Assembly (NCBI GenBank): GCA_964188305.1
Contig: OZ076898.1
Strand: one strand, 5' to 3'
Source: Podarcis bocagei
Lineage: Eukaryota
Length of the DNA stretch: 64,000 nt
Position 1 is the first letter of the stretch. Every line of letters starts with the position of its first letter. Both the position numbers and the translations under genes were made by a program. Shown here in pieces: positions 18,761-32,786 of the stretch. The notes under the pieces are model-generated. The model ran no database searches, was not told where the DNA came from, and saw nothing but the letters and a program-made list of their open reading frames with translations.

Positions 18761-20779
18761 CTCAGTTGTATTCTTAGTAATAATAAGGTTTAACTATGAT
18801 AGAGAGCACATTTCAAGTGTTCAGTGTATTTCCCATATACATGATCTCAACATTCCTTTAAAAAGCTTTGAAAGATTGGCCAGTCTTATGATCCTCATAC
18901 TGCAGACCACAGGTTTGAGGCTGAGGGAAGTGTTGCTCCTCCTATTACTGGCCACCAACTTCACGAAAGCAGTTCACTATGCGGCAACCACAATCACATG
19001 GAGCAACTGAAAACAGTCATTGTGTAACATATCAAGTGGGCATCAACAAGGTGACTTGACATTTCACAGGACTTAGCTCCAGAGTCTGTTTTCAGTGGCT
19101 GGGTTTGAACCTAGACAATTATAAAGCCATCAGAAAAATAAGTGCATTGAAACATGCACAGAGTGCATTTTCTTCCACAGCACACTGAGCAACAACAAGC
19201 CACAGATCTGGGATTAGGACTTCCAAGACAGAGGGCATGACTTCTACTCTGGCCCTGGCCCAAGAGTCCTTCATTTTACAAATTAAGCAATGAGGTGGAT
19301 GGCTTAGATAGGCGAGTGGAGAAAGAAACACAAGGTTAGGCAGTTCTGAAAACGGTCTGAAATGGAGTAGGATGCAGGGGTGAAGACACCTTCTTTTCAC
19401 CCCACTAAAGTTTGCTAATGCACCCTGTACATTCCCCTGCTTCTTCCCGGATAAGCCCTAGCCAAAAAGCTTGCCTGGCCTGTGCATAAGCAGGGCGTAA
19501 TTACTTGTTAATTAAGAGCCTAACAAGATGAGCAGATGGTTTGAGAGAATCCATCACAAGCCCTGCCGTTCTCTGAAGAGAAGAAAAGGTTACGCTGTGA
19601 GAGCTGGAGGGGGAAGAAAGACAGAGGGGAACCCAGGAGTCCTGCTTCTCACCATCCTCTCTTATAGTTCACTAGATCTGCCACCACCTAATCCTTCCTC
19701 AGCCTTTCCCTGTTACATAAACCAGTGGCAAGACAGGAGTGAGCCTGAACAGACAGGTATGGAGGTCTAGCAAAACATTTTTTGCCCATGTTTCTCACTG
19801 AGCTCAGAGTTGCAGTATAATAGTAAGATAATCCCATTAATTCTGGAAAGGAAGGGGGAGACCATAACTCTGTTTTTAGTTCTAAGCTATTATACCACAT
19901 TCCTCAGCCCTCAAGAACTCACAGATCCAGTTTCGGCCAAACTATTCCTGAAAACCCAGAAGTCCCAGCATCTGGTGTTCCCCAGTTCTACTCGTTCCCT
20001 CTTTCAGAAAACCCAGACTGGCAAGAGAATAAGAGTGTGTGTCAATAAACTCAGGTTAGGGAGGAAGGCGTGATCTGCTCCTAGTGGCCCCTGCTGGGCT
20101 CAGTCAGACACCACCGCTTTGCTTTTCAACTTGTCAGGGGCTTTATTTTTTAAAGCCAGGTTGACTCCTTGCTCCCTGAGGATGGTTTTGGGATGGAGAG
20201 AAAAGCTTCCCTGCTGGGTAGGGAAAATGAGGGCTTAGAGAGAGGTGGGGGGAAGAGGAGGTGTTAAAGAGATCAGAGCAGTGACAGACCCATGGCATTG
20301 TAGGCACCCTCATTTAAAAATGAATGTACAACGTGCTGTTCAGGTCTTTAAAATGTTCTTTTACTTCATAATCCTGTTTTGCAAAGGGGCTCCTGAGGGT
20401 GAGAAATGGTATTTAGCTCAAATATGCAGGTTTTGAACCATCTCTAAACCCCATGGTCTCTCCTCTGCACACAGCACCACTAGTCTGTGGAGCAAACACT
20501 TTTACCTGACCACAATCCCTCCTTGTCATTTCTCTGCCCCTTCCCAGCTCCTTGTCTTGGTGCTCCCACAATGCCCCCCCTCCTAGCTCTCTCCAGGACC
20601 CTCCTTGGCTGCCATGCGGCTATTTTACTAAGGTGAATGATATGTGTCTTTGGAGTCATTCAAGGTAGGAGTGCATGAGCTTTAGTATTCCTTGTTGGGC
20701 AGAAGGGAACATCAGTTATGTTGCTTAAAACCTTGCATACTCTTATGCACGTCAGTCTAGACATTGTCATCCTGTATCC

Positions 20780-21200
20780 TAGAGTTGAAGTGCAGAAAAA
20801 AAGGATCAAAATTCATTAGGAGGTTAGAGCATCTTCTCTATTGGGAAAGGCCAAAGCTTTTGAGATTTTTAGTTTTGGAGGGAAGAACTATGAAGAAGGG
20901 ACAGGAAAGAGGTTTATAAAATTAGATGCAGTGTAGTAAAGTACTGTACAGTAACTGGATAGAGTGAAGTAATTGTTTTTTCCTTCCTCAATCTCATAAT
21001 ACTAGTTCACATGGGCCATCAATGAAACTGATGGGCAGCAGAGTCGGGACAGACAAGAGAAAGTGGTTCTTTCCACAATGTATAATTAATTCATGGAATT
21101 TGCTGCCAGAGGATGTGGTGTGATGGCCACTTGCTTGGAAGGCTTTAATGGGGGATTAGACAAATGCATGGAGAATAAATCTATCAATGGCTACCGGTTA
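20780..21200 (+). mobile_element. Degenerate CR1-type LINE 3' end
   Basis: Typical CR1 3'-end phrases (gaggtttataaaatt, ggacagacaagagaaagtggttcttt, ggaatttgctgccagaggatgtggtg, ggattagacaaatgcatggag). Boundaries approximate. Confidence 0.6.
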
Positions 21201-24200
21201 CGGTGGCTATATGGAACATATTCCGAGGCAATGTGCCACAGAATAAATAGTTATTGCCAGACAATGGCAGAAAATATCTACCGCCTTCATGCTCAGTCTG
21301 TGAGGCTCCTGAAGGCATCTGATAGGCCATTACAAGAAGCAAGATGCTGGACAAAGTGGATCTTTGTTCTGATCCAATAGGGCTCTACGGGCAGCCAGGG
21401 TCAGAGGTGCCTTAGTGTGAAATTCCAAGATTTGATGCCCAATAGTCACATGAACCATGCCAGACTCTACCCTTTTCAATGTCTGTTGATTAGTAACTAA
21501 ATGTGCCCTTATGTGTAGGTTTGCTCATCAGCCCGATTCCCTCTCCCCTTCATTTATCCTGCTCTGATATAATCTTCAACCTGCAAAGGATATATAAAGC
21601 CAGGGAATGTTCAATTACCAAGGTAGGAATGAGATGCAGAGGGGGGACTTCACACAGGAGAGACTGATGATATTGCATACTGTTGTTGGGAAAGGATGCA
21701 GAGCAGTGTAGAAAGCAAATCTCACAAATTGGTCCAGAGCCAGATCTTTGGCTTCAGGGCTCTGGTTTGGGTTAATTAGCATATGCAAACTAGCAACAGG
21801 CAGATTTTTTCTCAGTTTCCCCAAGGAGATACAGCAAAGATCTTCCTCCACTCTCACCCGCCTCACTGTAGCAAGGAGTCACTGAATTTTGTCTTTGTTT
21901 CTGAATTTCTTGTAAACATCCCCCTGGGCTCACAGCAAGCCACTGATCCAATCTTCGCCTTAAAACAGGAATCTTTCTAAGGCAGACAGTGACAGCCAGG
22001 CCAGGCCTCGTCCTACATTCAACTCAAGAAGAAATGAAGGTGACGGCAAGAGGAGACAACAGAATATGTCTGGTTACTTGCTGAAGGCAGAAAACTCCTA
22101 CAGGGGACAGCGGCTCTGGCCTGATACTTGTAAAATTAGACAGTACCAGACCTTCTACCCTAGGAGGTACCAGCTCAATCCAATTTGGCACCCTGTTTGT
22201 TAGCTGGAGGCTGATCCACAACCATAATGAACAGTGCTGGCTTCCTCTTTGTGCCAGATCACTGGCTATTTCCTGCTTTCAGCTCTTGGGTCAAGGCATA
22301 AACCTTTGTCTTTGACCACAGAGCCATGATCTGGGCATGCAGTGAGAAATCTCCCAATGATAATATTACAATGTCAGGGTGAATACTGTTGCTATTCACC
22401 CCAGTTAACAAAAAAACAAACCTGGAAGAATATGTGCCTCAGCTCAGGAAAGGAGAAGCAAACCAGTTCCAAATAAATGAAGTAAAATTGAAATCAAATA
22501 AATCTAAAGGGAAGGTTTACAAAATGTTAGAACACCACTATAGGGTGAGGCATGAGTGAAAACAGAGATAGCCTCATTGAAATTGGTCACAATATGAGCA
22601 TTTCTACACAGGGGCTGTATAGCAGAGAAGTATATGCACAAACTCCCAATATTTTTTTTAAAAAATGATTTATTTATTTTTAAAACCCATTAACTTTTTA
22701 AGTTCATGGTGGTAGGGTGGTTTGCTGGGAGAGTTGTATGCCATTTGTCACTAACTACGAGACCAAAGCAAATTCCAGTAAACACCATGAGACTCCACAA
22801 GCTCATTCCACAATTTTTATTTTTATTTTGATAACAGGAGTAGATGCTCTATTTGGTTAAACCACTGCATTTTCTCCAGGCAAAAAGTAGTACACTTGCT
22901 CAGAAAAAGCAACAGAAGTGAAACCTTGGGGAAGATGTCTGCAAGGACAAAGGGGTGTTTACCAAGTACTGCAATGACTGTGTAAGAAAAGCTCTGAGGG
23001 ACAACTTAGAGGCGTGTATGCATTAAGCTGCAAATCATCTCATGTGACCCTGCACTGTGTAGATCATTCATCCCCAACCTGGTGCCCTCCAGATGTTTTG
23101 GATCACAATACCCATTATTCATGGGCATTGCCAAGGGAGGGCAGGGGAACAGCTGCCACCCTAAATCAATCAAAATCAATACAAATCTGAGGTTCTGCTC
23201 CCCCAAACAAAAGTCTGCCCCCCTCTACAAAAATCCTGGCTATGCCCATGCCATTATCCTTCAGCCATTCCTTCTTCGCCACAGCTTTCCAACCAGCAAT
23301 TGTTCCCTCGCTTTTTCATCCATCCATTTGTCTCTCTTTCCCTCACTTGTCCAGGCATCCACACAGAAGAAAACATTAGGGTTCAGAGACCCACCTTAGG
23401 ACTAACAGTTCTCATATCCAGGCTGCAGGCCTGGAGTGCAGTAAGATGCAGGTGAAACTTGCTGCTTCTCCTTGTCCCTGCTATGTAGTGCTTTCTCATT
23501 GCTGCTGCTGCTGCAGCAGCATCCTTCTTCCTGATTTCAGATTGGGAAACTCAGTTGGATTCAGCAAAGTGAAAACAGGTAGCCCAACACCAGGCCTCTG
23601 GAATAGCTTGCCCTTGAGGCATTCTCAGAGGAACAGAAATTGAATTTCGGATGGCATGAATCTGCTTAAATTCCAAACAAACAAACAAACAAGTCCTCCA
23701 AGCAAACTAGGCAGCTACATGTGCTCATAGGCCAGGATATGAGCTTTGAAGGCAGAAAACAATTTCACATACATATACACGTGGCAGTTTACAAAGACCA
23801 GTTACTGATCCTGTAGGATATTCCTCCTGTAGGATCTTCAGCTTTCCCATATGACAGAGCTTGCTGGCTAGAGCCACATGGAGCTATTTGGCCTGTTCTC
23901 TAATACTACATGTCTACTGCGGAAGCTGTCCACGTTGCAGAGGATTTTCAGTACATCCTATGACGCACAATCAGTTCACACAGTGCATTAGCCAGGCCTG
24001 GGGTGGCCTCACTGGTGGTGAGCCTGAGTGGAGAGCATGACCAAGAACACAATTCATATATCTTGTGGCTCTGCATGGCAGGAGAAGGTGGGCAATGATG
24101 AGCAAGCTGTTACAGAAAGACATGCCTGCCCTTACTAATCTTATGTGAGAGAATCCTGACAAACTTCTGGAAAGAAACGACAGCAGAATACAATCTGAAA

Positions 24201-27200
24201 GAAGTTTCTCTATGATGGCATGTTGCACATTATGTGTTTAGAGATAGGTGTGAGCCAAGGGGCTTCCAAATTCACTGTACTCAAGGCCCCAGGAAATATC
24301 TGGACGGCCTGATGACGATCTGCCTATATAGCGACATCATGGAGCATGGTGCTTAATAGCACAAGAGAACAAGTCTCTGCCCCAAGTAGCTTATAATCTA
24401 AAATCTGACATAAGGGAGAGGAGAGGCCTTTTACTGCAAATGTTAAATTGTGAGCACCTTGGGACGGAAACCCGTCCACTTCAATTTTGTAAAGCGCCAT
24501 GTACTTAAGTTTCACCACAGGAGGATATGGAGGCTAAGGGGTTATGCCAAAGGCTTCATGGAAGAGGTCCTCTGCCACGTCTCCCACTAACCATTCTCTA
24601 CACACCCTTCCTTTCTTTCGATCCACGTACTCCAATGCTTACAACCAGCCACCAGTCCTTAACATGTAAGCACACGTGACTCCCACTAAACAGGTTCTTC
24701 TTCCCTTGAACCCCTTTCCTTCTTTCTTTTCTTTTGCTCTTTGTCTCGTCTCTCCCCCCCCCCTTTTCTGATTTAATCTCCAGGATCTCCACACTTCTTG
24801 GCTGCATGATGCCAAGTTATTATCAGCTCAGAGACAGAAAATGATTCCCTCAGTCATTCTCTCCCTGCTGATGCAGCTGAACATTGCAGTTATTTCGTAG
24901 AGAGCCTGGCGATGAGGGGTGGGATTCCCGTACAAATAGCTGCTGCTGTCTCCCCAGAGTTAGCTGCATCTCAGCTCCCTGGAAGCCTCCAGGTGCAAAT
25001 GAGAATGAAACTCAGCTCAGTTACACACTAGTCTGCAACACCACTAAAATCACACACATTTGGGTATAGTGGCACCTTAGTCCCATCAGACACATACAAA
25101 GAAATCACAGCAGACACAATGATGTACTAGATAAGGTCTCTCTTTGAAGAGGTGTCTACTACGCACCTCAATGTGACTGCGGGAATATATGTAAACACAA
25201 ATATGTAGCACACGTGTTCCCAATACCTATTTCATGCCTAGAAAATGGCTGTGGAAATGACCATATGCAGTATACACAAATACAGCCTCCGAATATACCA
25301 GCCGCATAAAGGCATCATCCATCAAAATTACACAATACGGGCACAGAAAATAACTTTGGGGAAGAACACACTCACACATCAGTACTACTGCAAACATTTC
25401 ATAATATACCACAAATACCATCATAATGGTCACACACATTTACAGCAGCATGGTGGCTATAAGAAAACAGCCAGAAATGCATCACAGCCACGCAACACCA
25501 AGACACACAATGACACCTAGACAACATACATGCTACCAATGTAACAAATGCACAGGAATTTATAGCAAAACACACACAGTCACAAAATCAAGCCATAACA
25601 CAGCCCTCATGTTAAAAGTATGATATCAAATCAGCCACTGTGTGAGGATCCAGGATAGCTGTTGAGAAACAGGACTTTACTTGACAAGTTACTTCAAGGC
25701 AAGCTGCTCCCAGTGTCTTTCATTTTTGCATTAAGAAACTTGGTTATAACCCAAGATTGCGCTACGCAACCTTTTGACCAACGTTTCAAGGCGCAAAGAC
25801 AGGTTACAAAACTGTAAAGCACACAAAAATACAATTGCAAACACACACACACCAACCAGCAGCTAAAGATTTTTTCCACGTACAGCACATTTCAGCCAAT
25901 GCAGACTTGAATAAATGAGGCTTCAGAGGTTTGGGGGAATTGGGTGAGAGAGACCAGCAGCAACGAGGCTCTATGAATCTCTGTGGGTGGGAAGTTTCCA
26001 AGGTGTGGGATCGCCACTGAGAAAGCCCTCCCCCTTCATATTAATCAGCCGGATGGGTCTCAAGCACTGCTCTTAAGGCTTGGTCAGGCTGAAGGCTGCA
26101 GGCTGCAGGTGTGTAGCTAGCTAGCTCTGCAAGGGCTAATGAGCCTTTAGGACAGAGGGTGGATGAACTGTCTCTCCTATGGCTTGATAGTGTCCTTGCC
26201 CTGTTCCTTCTCAGACCTTCTCTTTTGCCCAGTAAAGGCTTTGACCTCCTGTGACAGGACATCTAGAACAGCCTTTCCCAACCCGGAGCCTTCCAGATAC
26301 CATTTGTGCCCAGGCTGGGGAAGGCTGATGCAGAAAGAGCATCTGGTGATGTAGCAGTGACAAAAGCAGATGGGCTGCCCCCGCAATCTGCCTCTGCTCG
26401 TTTTGCTGGCTCACGGGCCATGAGTGATGCCTTTTCACCTTTGAACATCGTCCTATGGACTTTTCTATGGCAGGGTAGCTCACTCAGCTGAACCATAAGT
26501 CTGATTTTTCTTCCCCTACCTTTTTAAAATCCCATGCCTTTTAAAGTCTTCTGATGCCCTCAAGCCCATAGCCCTCTCACCCTTCTCCCCATCCTGTCGT
26601 GCGCTACCCTGAATCAGGACGGCTCCTTTTCATTTCCCCCTCTTGCTTTCGGAGCGTTCAGTGACTAGTGTTAATTTTCATGCTGACTGCAGCCCTGACA
26701 GGTGGCAAGTCCCATGGGAGGCCTGCAGCAAACCCACGAGGTGCCAACGCCTCCCTGGTATGCAGCGGGCGAGACCCGCAAGCCATGCCACTGCTTAATT
26801 TAGCTTTCATATCAAATTGGGAAATCAGCGGAAAAGCTACAACATAAACAGGCCCGAAGTCCCAAGGGGAGCCCGTTAAATTAACCCAGTATGCTACAGG
26901 CTGGCTTCTGTAAAATACCCCAGGCTGAGATAACAGAGGAAGGCTTGTGGGAGTTGAAGGAGGGGGAGGAATAACTCAGGTTTGGGACTATGGCAGTGGG
27001 GAAGGAGGAGGAGCTATGATTAGAACTGGCCCATAATCTAGACGGATGGGACTTTTGTCCCGGACGCACTGGCTCTGCAGAGGTTCCAAACAGCCAGCTG
27101 CCACTGCTGCGGCAGGCACAGGGCTGTGAGTTCAACCCTTTTCAGCCGCCTTGCAGTTGTGAAATTAGAGTGCCACCCAGTGGCTGCGACCTGCAGTGAC

Positions 27201-27668
27201 GTCCCTAATTTCCATTCTGGTCATTGCCCCGTATTTTCCAGCGCCACAGAGAAAGAATTGCCACTTCAGTGGAGATGGTGAGGCTGGGATGGGGCAGAAT
27301 CCAGGAAAGCTTCTCACTGACACAGATCAGATTGTTTAGATCCAATTACTGACATGAAAATGCATTTTTAAACGTAATAAAACTGAACAGGGAGCTAGTT
27401 TGGAGTGCTACCCATTCACATTCCCCCATAACATGCCCTTGCCCTACCCCCACCCCAAACAATGAATTGGCAATGGAGCAATCCCAGGTGGCTGGATGAA
27501 TCCAGCCTTTCTCCTTAATTGATAAGGTTCCTTGCCAACGCAGGTGGGCAAGAAGCCTGCATTTGAACAACAAGGGTGAAGTCATTGTCTGGCCTACACA
27601 CTGGGAATGGGGACCAAGGCATATTTTTGCCCTTTGGCAGAAGAAGGAATGCTAGATTAAACAAGTTA

Positions 27669-28180
27669 CCGTATTTTTCGCACCATAGGGCGCACCGGAC
27701 CATAGGGCGCACCCAGTTTTAAGGGGGGGGAAATCAAGGGAAAAAAATATTTTCCCCCCCAGCCCCAAAGAGCAGCGTACAGGCTGCACACAACCTCTCC
27801 CTGCCAGAGGGGTTGTGCGCAGCTATGGAAGAAGGCAAGGCAGCGAGCGGGATGGATCCCGCTCGCTGTTTTGGCTTCCCCTTTAGCCCCGTGCAGCCTC
27901 TCCTTGCCGGGAAAGGCTGTGTGGGGCTAAAGAAGCCATAGCCCCGTGCAGCCTCTCCTTACCCAAGGGGTCGGGCGCAGCTATGGAAGAAGGCATGGCA
28001 GTGAGCGGGATCTATCCCGCTCGCTGTTTTGGCTTCCCCTTTAGCCCCGTGCAGCCTCTCCTTGCCGGAGGGGTTGCGCGCAGCTATGGCACAAGCCTGC
28101 ATTCGCTCTATAGGACGCACACACATTTCCCCTCAATTTTTGGAGAGGAAAAACTGCGTCCAATAGAGCGAAAAATACGG
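27669..28180. mobile_element. Non-autonomous TA-targeting DNA transposon (CCGTATTTTTCGC TIRs) with internal duplication
   Basis: CCGTATTTTTCGC...GCGAAAAATACGG with TA TSD. Internal repeat of about 160 bp and palindrome CAGCGAGCGGGAT-GG-ATCCCGCTCGCTG at 27841-27868. Confidence 0.85.
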
Positions 28181-29570
28181 TAAACTAGGGAAATTCAGAA
28201 GGAGAGTAGCAAAGGGGGCAAAAGGAAGTCCACATGGCCAACTTTGGAGGGGAGAGATCTCCTGCAAACGTAGATGACTCTGGAGTGGAACACAGGCTTG
28301 GGAAGACCTTCACCAGAAACCGTAAAGAGCCACTGCCAATCAGAATAGAGAATACTGGGCTCGATGGACCAATGGCCTGATCCGGTATAAGGCAACTTCC
28401 TATGTTCCTACTGAGACAGCAGCAGGAGCTGGAGCCACTAGCCTGCTGCCAGCACCTGACATCCTTGGGCAGCTGCCAGGTCCCCTGTGCAGGGATCCCA
28501 ATGTAGATGTCCACCCTCTCAGTGTCCTTTGAGGGACTTTGAGCAACAAAAGGCTAGATCGAGCCACTCTGCTCTCAACCCAACGTTGCTCTGGAGCATT
28601 GTGGGAAAACTAAAGGGCTGAGAGACCCAGTTGCCCGCAACTGCTTGGAAGGGATACAGGCTCCTAAGCTTGCCAGGGCTCACTGACAGAGGTAGGGGCT
28701 TACCAGAGGATTGTTTGCCCAGGACTCTCCTCAAAGCTAGCGATCACTGATGTGTGAAACTGCCATTGACTCATTTAGTTTAGTACTGTATACTATTGAC
28801 TCCCAGCAGCTTGCCAAGGTCTCAAGACACTAGAAGCTGAACCGCAGAATGTCTGCATGAAAAGCAGGAGTTCTACCACTAAGACATCACCAGCAGTCCT
28901 TAGGAAAACCTCCTAAATTAACTCAGTATGTTACAGGCTGGTTTCAAAAAAACCACTGTATGTTGAGATAACTGGGGAGGGCTTTTAAAACTTGGAAGGG
29001 ATTGATCTTTACCTTAAAAGAGGGAATTTGGGTCCCACTCACACAAGCACACATACACAAATCAGTTGCATTGGAAGGTAACTACTGGAGCATGAGTATA
29101 AACTAGAAATTGTATTTTATTTTGTTCAGCAACTTTGTTCTGTATTCCTCTTACTCTTTATCCAACCGGTCATTCCTATCCTAACAAAACTCTTCTTTGG
29201 TTTACCCTAATTGGACAAAAAAAGCGCATTGTGCTCATGAAGTAGGACACTGAGGTAAGCTGTCAGCTTTAGGGTACTGACTCTACGGAGATACCGATTC
29301 TTTATCTAATGGTCACATGCTTGAAAGGGCTCTGGGACTGAGGCAGGCACTGTTGCAGTTCCCCACAAGTACAAATTTTGAGAGAAATTTGCTTGCAGCT
29401 TGGGATAGATGAGGCTGGGCACATACCTGATGCCCAGGTGTGAGTAAGTGGGAATTCACTGGTGCTGATTTGGCAATACAGAAAGCCTGGCCAAGGGTAT
29501 CAGAAGAGTTTGTCACATTTGTGCAGCAGTGGGATTGGAGCTAGTGTCGGGAAAGACTGCTTTAAGAGGA

Positions 29571-29573
<3 letters not shown>

Positions 29574-29638
<65 letters not shown>
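29574..29638. repeat. (CT)n(CA)n compound microsatellite
   Basis: Directly visible. Confidence 0.95.
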
Positions 29639-29640
<2 letters not shown>

Positions 29641-32600
29641 ATTCTATGAATACACGCAAATACATCCCTACACCTGCTCTTCAGGAATTATTATTTGCAC
29701 ACAGCCTTGGGTGTGAAGCACTATTTCAGCTCCTTGCTCTGCCATGAAGCTCACTGTGTGACCTTGGGAAAGACACAGTCTCTCAGCCTAACAACTTGGC
29801 TTCACAGGGCTGTTGTTATGAGCTGACAACTGCAAATCCCATCCTACGTTGAAAAGTGTTACAGGCATTATAAATAAGAGAAAGCTGAGGCTGAGCTGAA
29901 AGGAAAAGCCCAAGATGGAAAGCAAACCACCCTGGCAAATTATTTGTGCAGGTCTTTTGACTAGCCAGGTGGCTTCTAACCAAGGAGGAACTGCCCCACT
30001 CCACAACTATCTTTGCTAAGACTCAACTCCTCGCCGCCACCTGCATCTAGCTTCAAGACCTGGTTTGTTAGCAGATATAAAGAAGCAACTTCATGATTCA
30101 AACCAGTGGGCAGTCCAATGCAGTAATGTCTGTCCCGACATGTTAGGCAGGGTTACCCAATATTTTTGACAAGAGATGATGGGGACTTTACACAAGTAAA
30201 GCAGGTGCCACAACCACTGAGCTATGGCCCTTCTGGAAAGTTAGGGTTGCTGCCTTGCTCTGGCAGTTCCTGGAACCTTTCTTAGCTGCACCAGAGAGAA
30301 AAATTCAATAAGTAAAAGCATTCCTCATGCTGAGAGGAGCCTCACCTATTGAATTTCTGGCTGACATGCAGCTGTTTTAAGGCACCAGAGCCTTGCCAGA
30401 AGAAATGTAAAAAAAGGCTGCATGACTCCCAAATTGTTTTTTTTAGCATTCAGGAACTTGACACCTCTCAACCTGCCAGAAAGGTTCTTCACCTCTGTTC
30501 TCAGAGGCAGCTCAAGACAGACAATGCAAAAATGCCACCCAGGTGAAAAGCACATTGAGTAAACTAAATCATTGCCAGTTTCCTGCCTTTTAATGGTACC
30601 CTAAAGTGTGGCACAACCTTGGACTTCATAACTGTTGGGTTATCCCCATGTGCTGTAACAAACATATAGTAGCACCTGCCCTCGTTCAAAAGGTAGGAGT
30701 CTGGTGACACGTTGATGTGACCCTGAAGTGCCATAGCCTGTGTTGCCTCTACTGTGGTGCCCCCTGCTGATGCCCTCCAACTTCTCAAGCTGCTGTTTCT
30801 CTTCTTCCTTGCCCTTTCAGCGCTGACTTACTATCGTACAGCATCCAACTGTCACTGTCACCAGCAGCCAGCAGCTTCAGCTGCCCGCCACCAGAACCTG
30901 CCGGTGCGCTGCCTGCCTTGTCACATTATGGGATGCGACCCTCCCGCTCGACTGCACACAGCAAGTTTCTGGCTGAGCCGTGGCAGCCGGCAGGCTTCGG
31001 GACATGCTTGTTAGCAATTTATGATCCTGCTGAGGATAGATGGCAGCCTGCAGGGCTGGGATTCAAAGGAAACTGGGATTGCTGTAATCTCAGAGACACA
31101 AGGCGGGGGTGGGGCAGTGGAGAGAGCGCTGTACCAAGGCCAAAGCAGTAGGGAGTCCTGTAGTGTGGATATCTGGCCAAGGCGAAGCACTGGTGCAAAA
31201 CACAGGAGCTGCTGGGGTTGGGAACTGGTTTCCCAGGGAGCAAGTTTTGTCTCTACTTGGCAGCCCTTGGATAAAAGTTTCAACAGATTTTAAGAACTCT
31301 TTTTGTTTGTTTCTTAAGCAGGCTTGTAAGTTATTTACCAAGTTGCTTACGGCAAGTTAGAATCCCCTTCACTTTTGCAAACAAAAAGAAAATGGTTGGT
31401 GTTTGTTATTCTTAACAGAACTAAATCTAGCTATGCCTGGACAGGCAGATTGCAGCAGAGAGAGAGAAGCAAGGCAGGACCACCCTATCAACTCTGCTGA
31501 GAAACCAACTCCATCAGGCTATCCCTCTCCCCCAACTATCATTCAGTCACATCCATTCCATCAGGTTTCAGCAGAGGGAGAGATGGGCTTGTCTCCTCTT
31601 CTGCTTGAACCATTTCTATTCCAGCTGGTTATTGTAAGAACTTTGCAATTTAGAACTAAAGTCTGAGTTTGCATTTTTTTTCTTCTTCCCTCGCAATCTC
31701 TTCTTTCGTGCCATGACTTTGTAATCCCGAGATCAGGGACTCTCCTATTTCTGATCTTTGTAAGCCACTCTGGGAACCTTTTCGGCTGAAAGGCCAGGTA
31801 AATATGTGCTGATTAAGTCATTAAATAAATAAATATTGTTGATATCTAGGAACAATTATGGGCTTTTTAGCAAAACTGGGTAGTGGTGTTATTTTAAAGA
31901 ATGGCATGTGCCACTGCTGAATGTCGGGTTTTCCCATGAATCTTTTAAATTCAGTTTGTAATAAAATGAACGTAAGAAGAGCCTGGATCAGGCCAATGAC
32001 ACATTGAGTCTAGGAGCCTTTTTCTCACAGTGGCCAACCAGATGCCCGAAAGGAGCCGAGTGTAACAGCACTCTCCCGCTCCACGGAGTTCCTGCAATTG
32101 GCATTCAGAGGACTACTGCCTCCAACAGTGTACATTCAGGTTTCTGTTGACACAAGGCTCTGAACTGAGACCTGAGTGTACACTGTTTGTACAGTGGAGA
32201 GGGCTCAGTAAGTATGAAAATTGGGGAACTCAATTGGGAGTTTCAATTTAAAATGTTGGGAGTGTATGCAAGAATAAGCAAAATCCACATGAATATAATG
32301 GACTAGGGTGGGTGAAAGGAGCTTATGCTGTGATTGAAGTATTGCTTTTGCCCTTTTATTTTATTTTCACCTAGTTGAGTATGCACTCAGTGACACAGGA
32401 GATTGCACAGTAAGGCTGTCACCTTTCTTTGTCTTGACAAGGACTTCTCATGTGTTTGACAGTAAAAAATCCAGATATTCTACAGTGGCATTGCCATGCA
32501 GCTGTTAAAGGCATACACCTTGAGGCGGTGGGCCTTTTGCTGCTCTCTCCTGCCATTTTTAAACCACTCAAGAGCAAGTGGATTTTGCTATTTTATCCTT

Positions 32601-32740
32601 TAACCAGTGTGTGTGTGTGTATTTTGCTTTACACCTTAGGATCTAGAGGACTCTGACAACTCTGACTTGGCTAGATTTATTATTGCTTGTAAGCCGCTCT
32701 GAGCCCGGCCTTGGCTGGGGAGGGCAGGGTATAAATAAAA

Positions 32741-32786
<46 letters not shown>
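32741..32786. repeat. (ATT)n microsatellite, tail of a short retroposed 3' end
   Basis: Follows GGGCAGGGTATAAATAAAA. Confidence 0.9.

Noticed and set aside
26041-26496. Overlapping 60-90 aa ORFs (e.g. MVQLSELPCHRK...)
   Set aside because: No recognisable domain and no convincing splice signals, so I cannot support a CDS.
27780-28100. CRISPR-like or satellite array
   Set aside because: Only a two-unit internal duplication within a TIR-bounded MITE in a vertebrate genome.
520-30844. Set of alternative short coding first exons on the - strand (ATGs at 535, 7355, 30844) splicing to one common exon
   Set aside because: The three donors are in phases 2, 0 and 1, so they cannot all join one exon in frame. 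No gene could be recognised.
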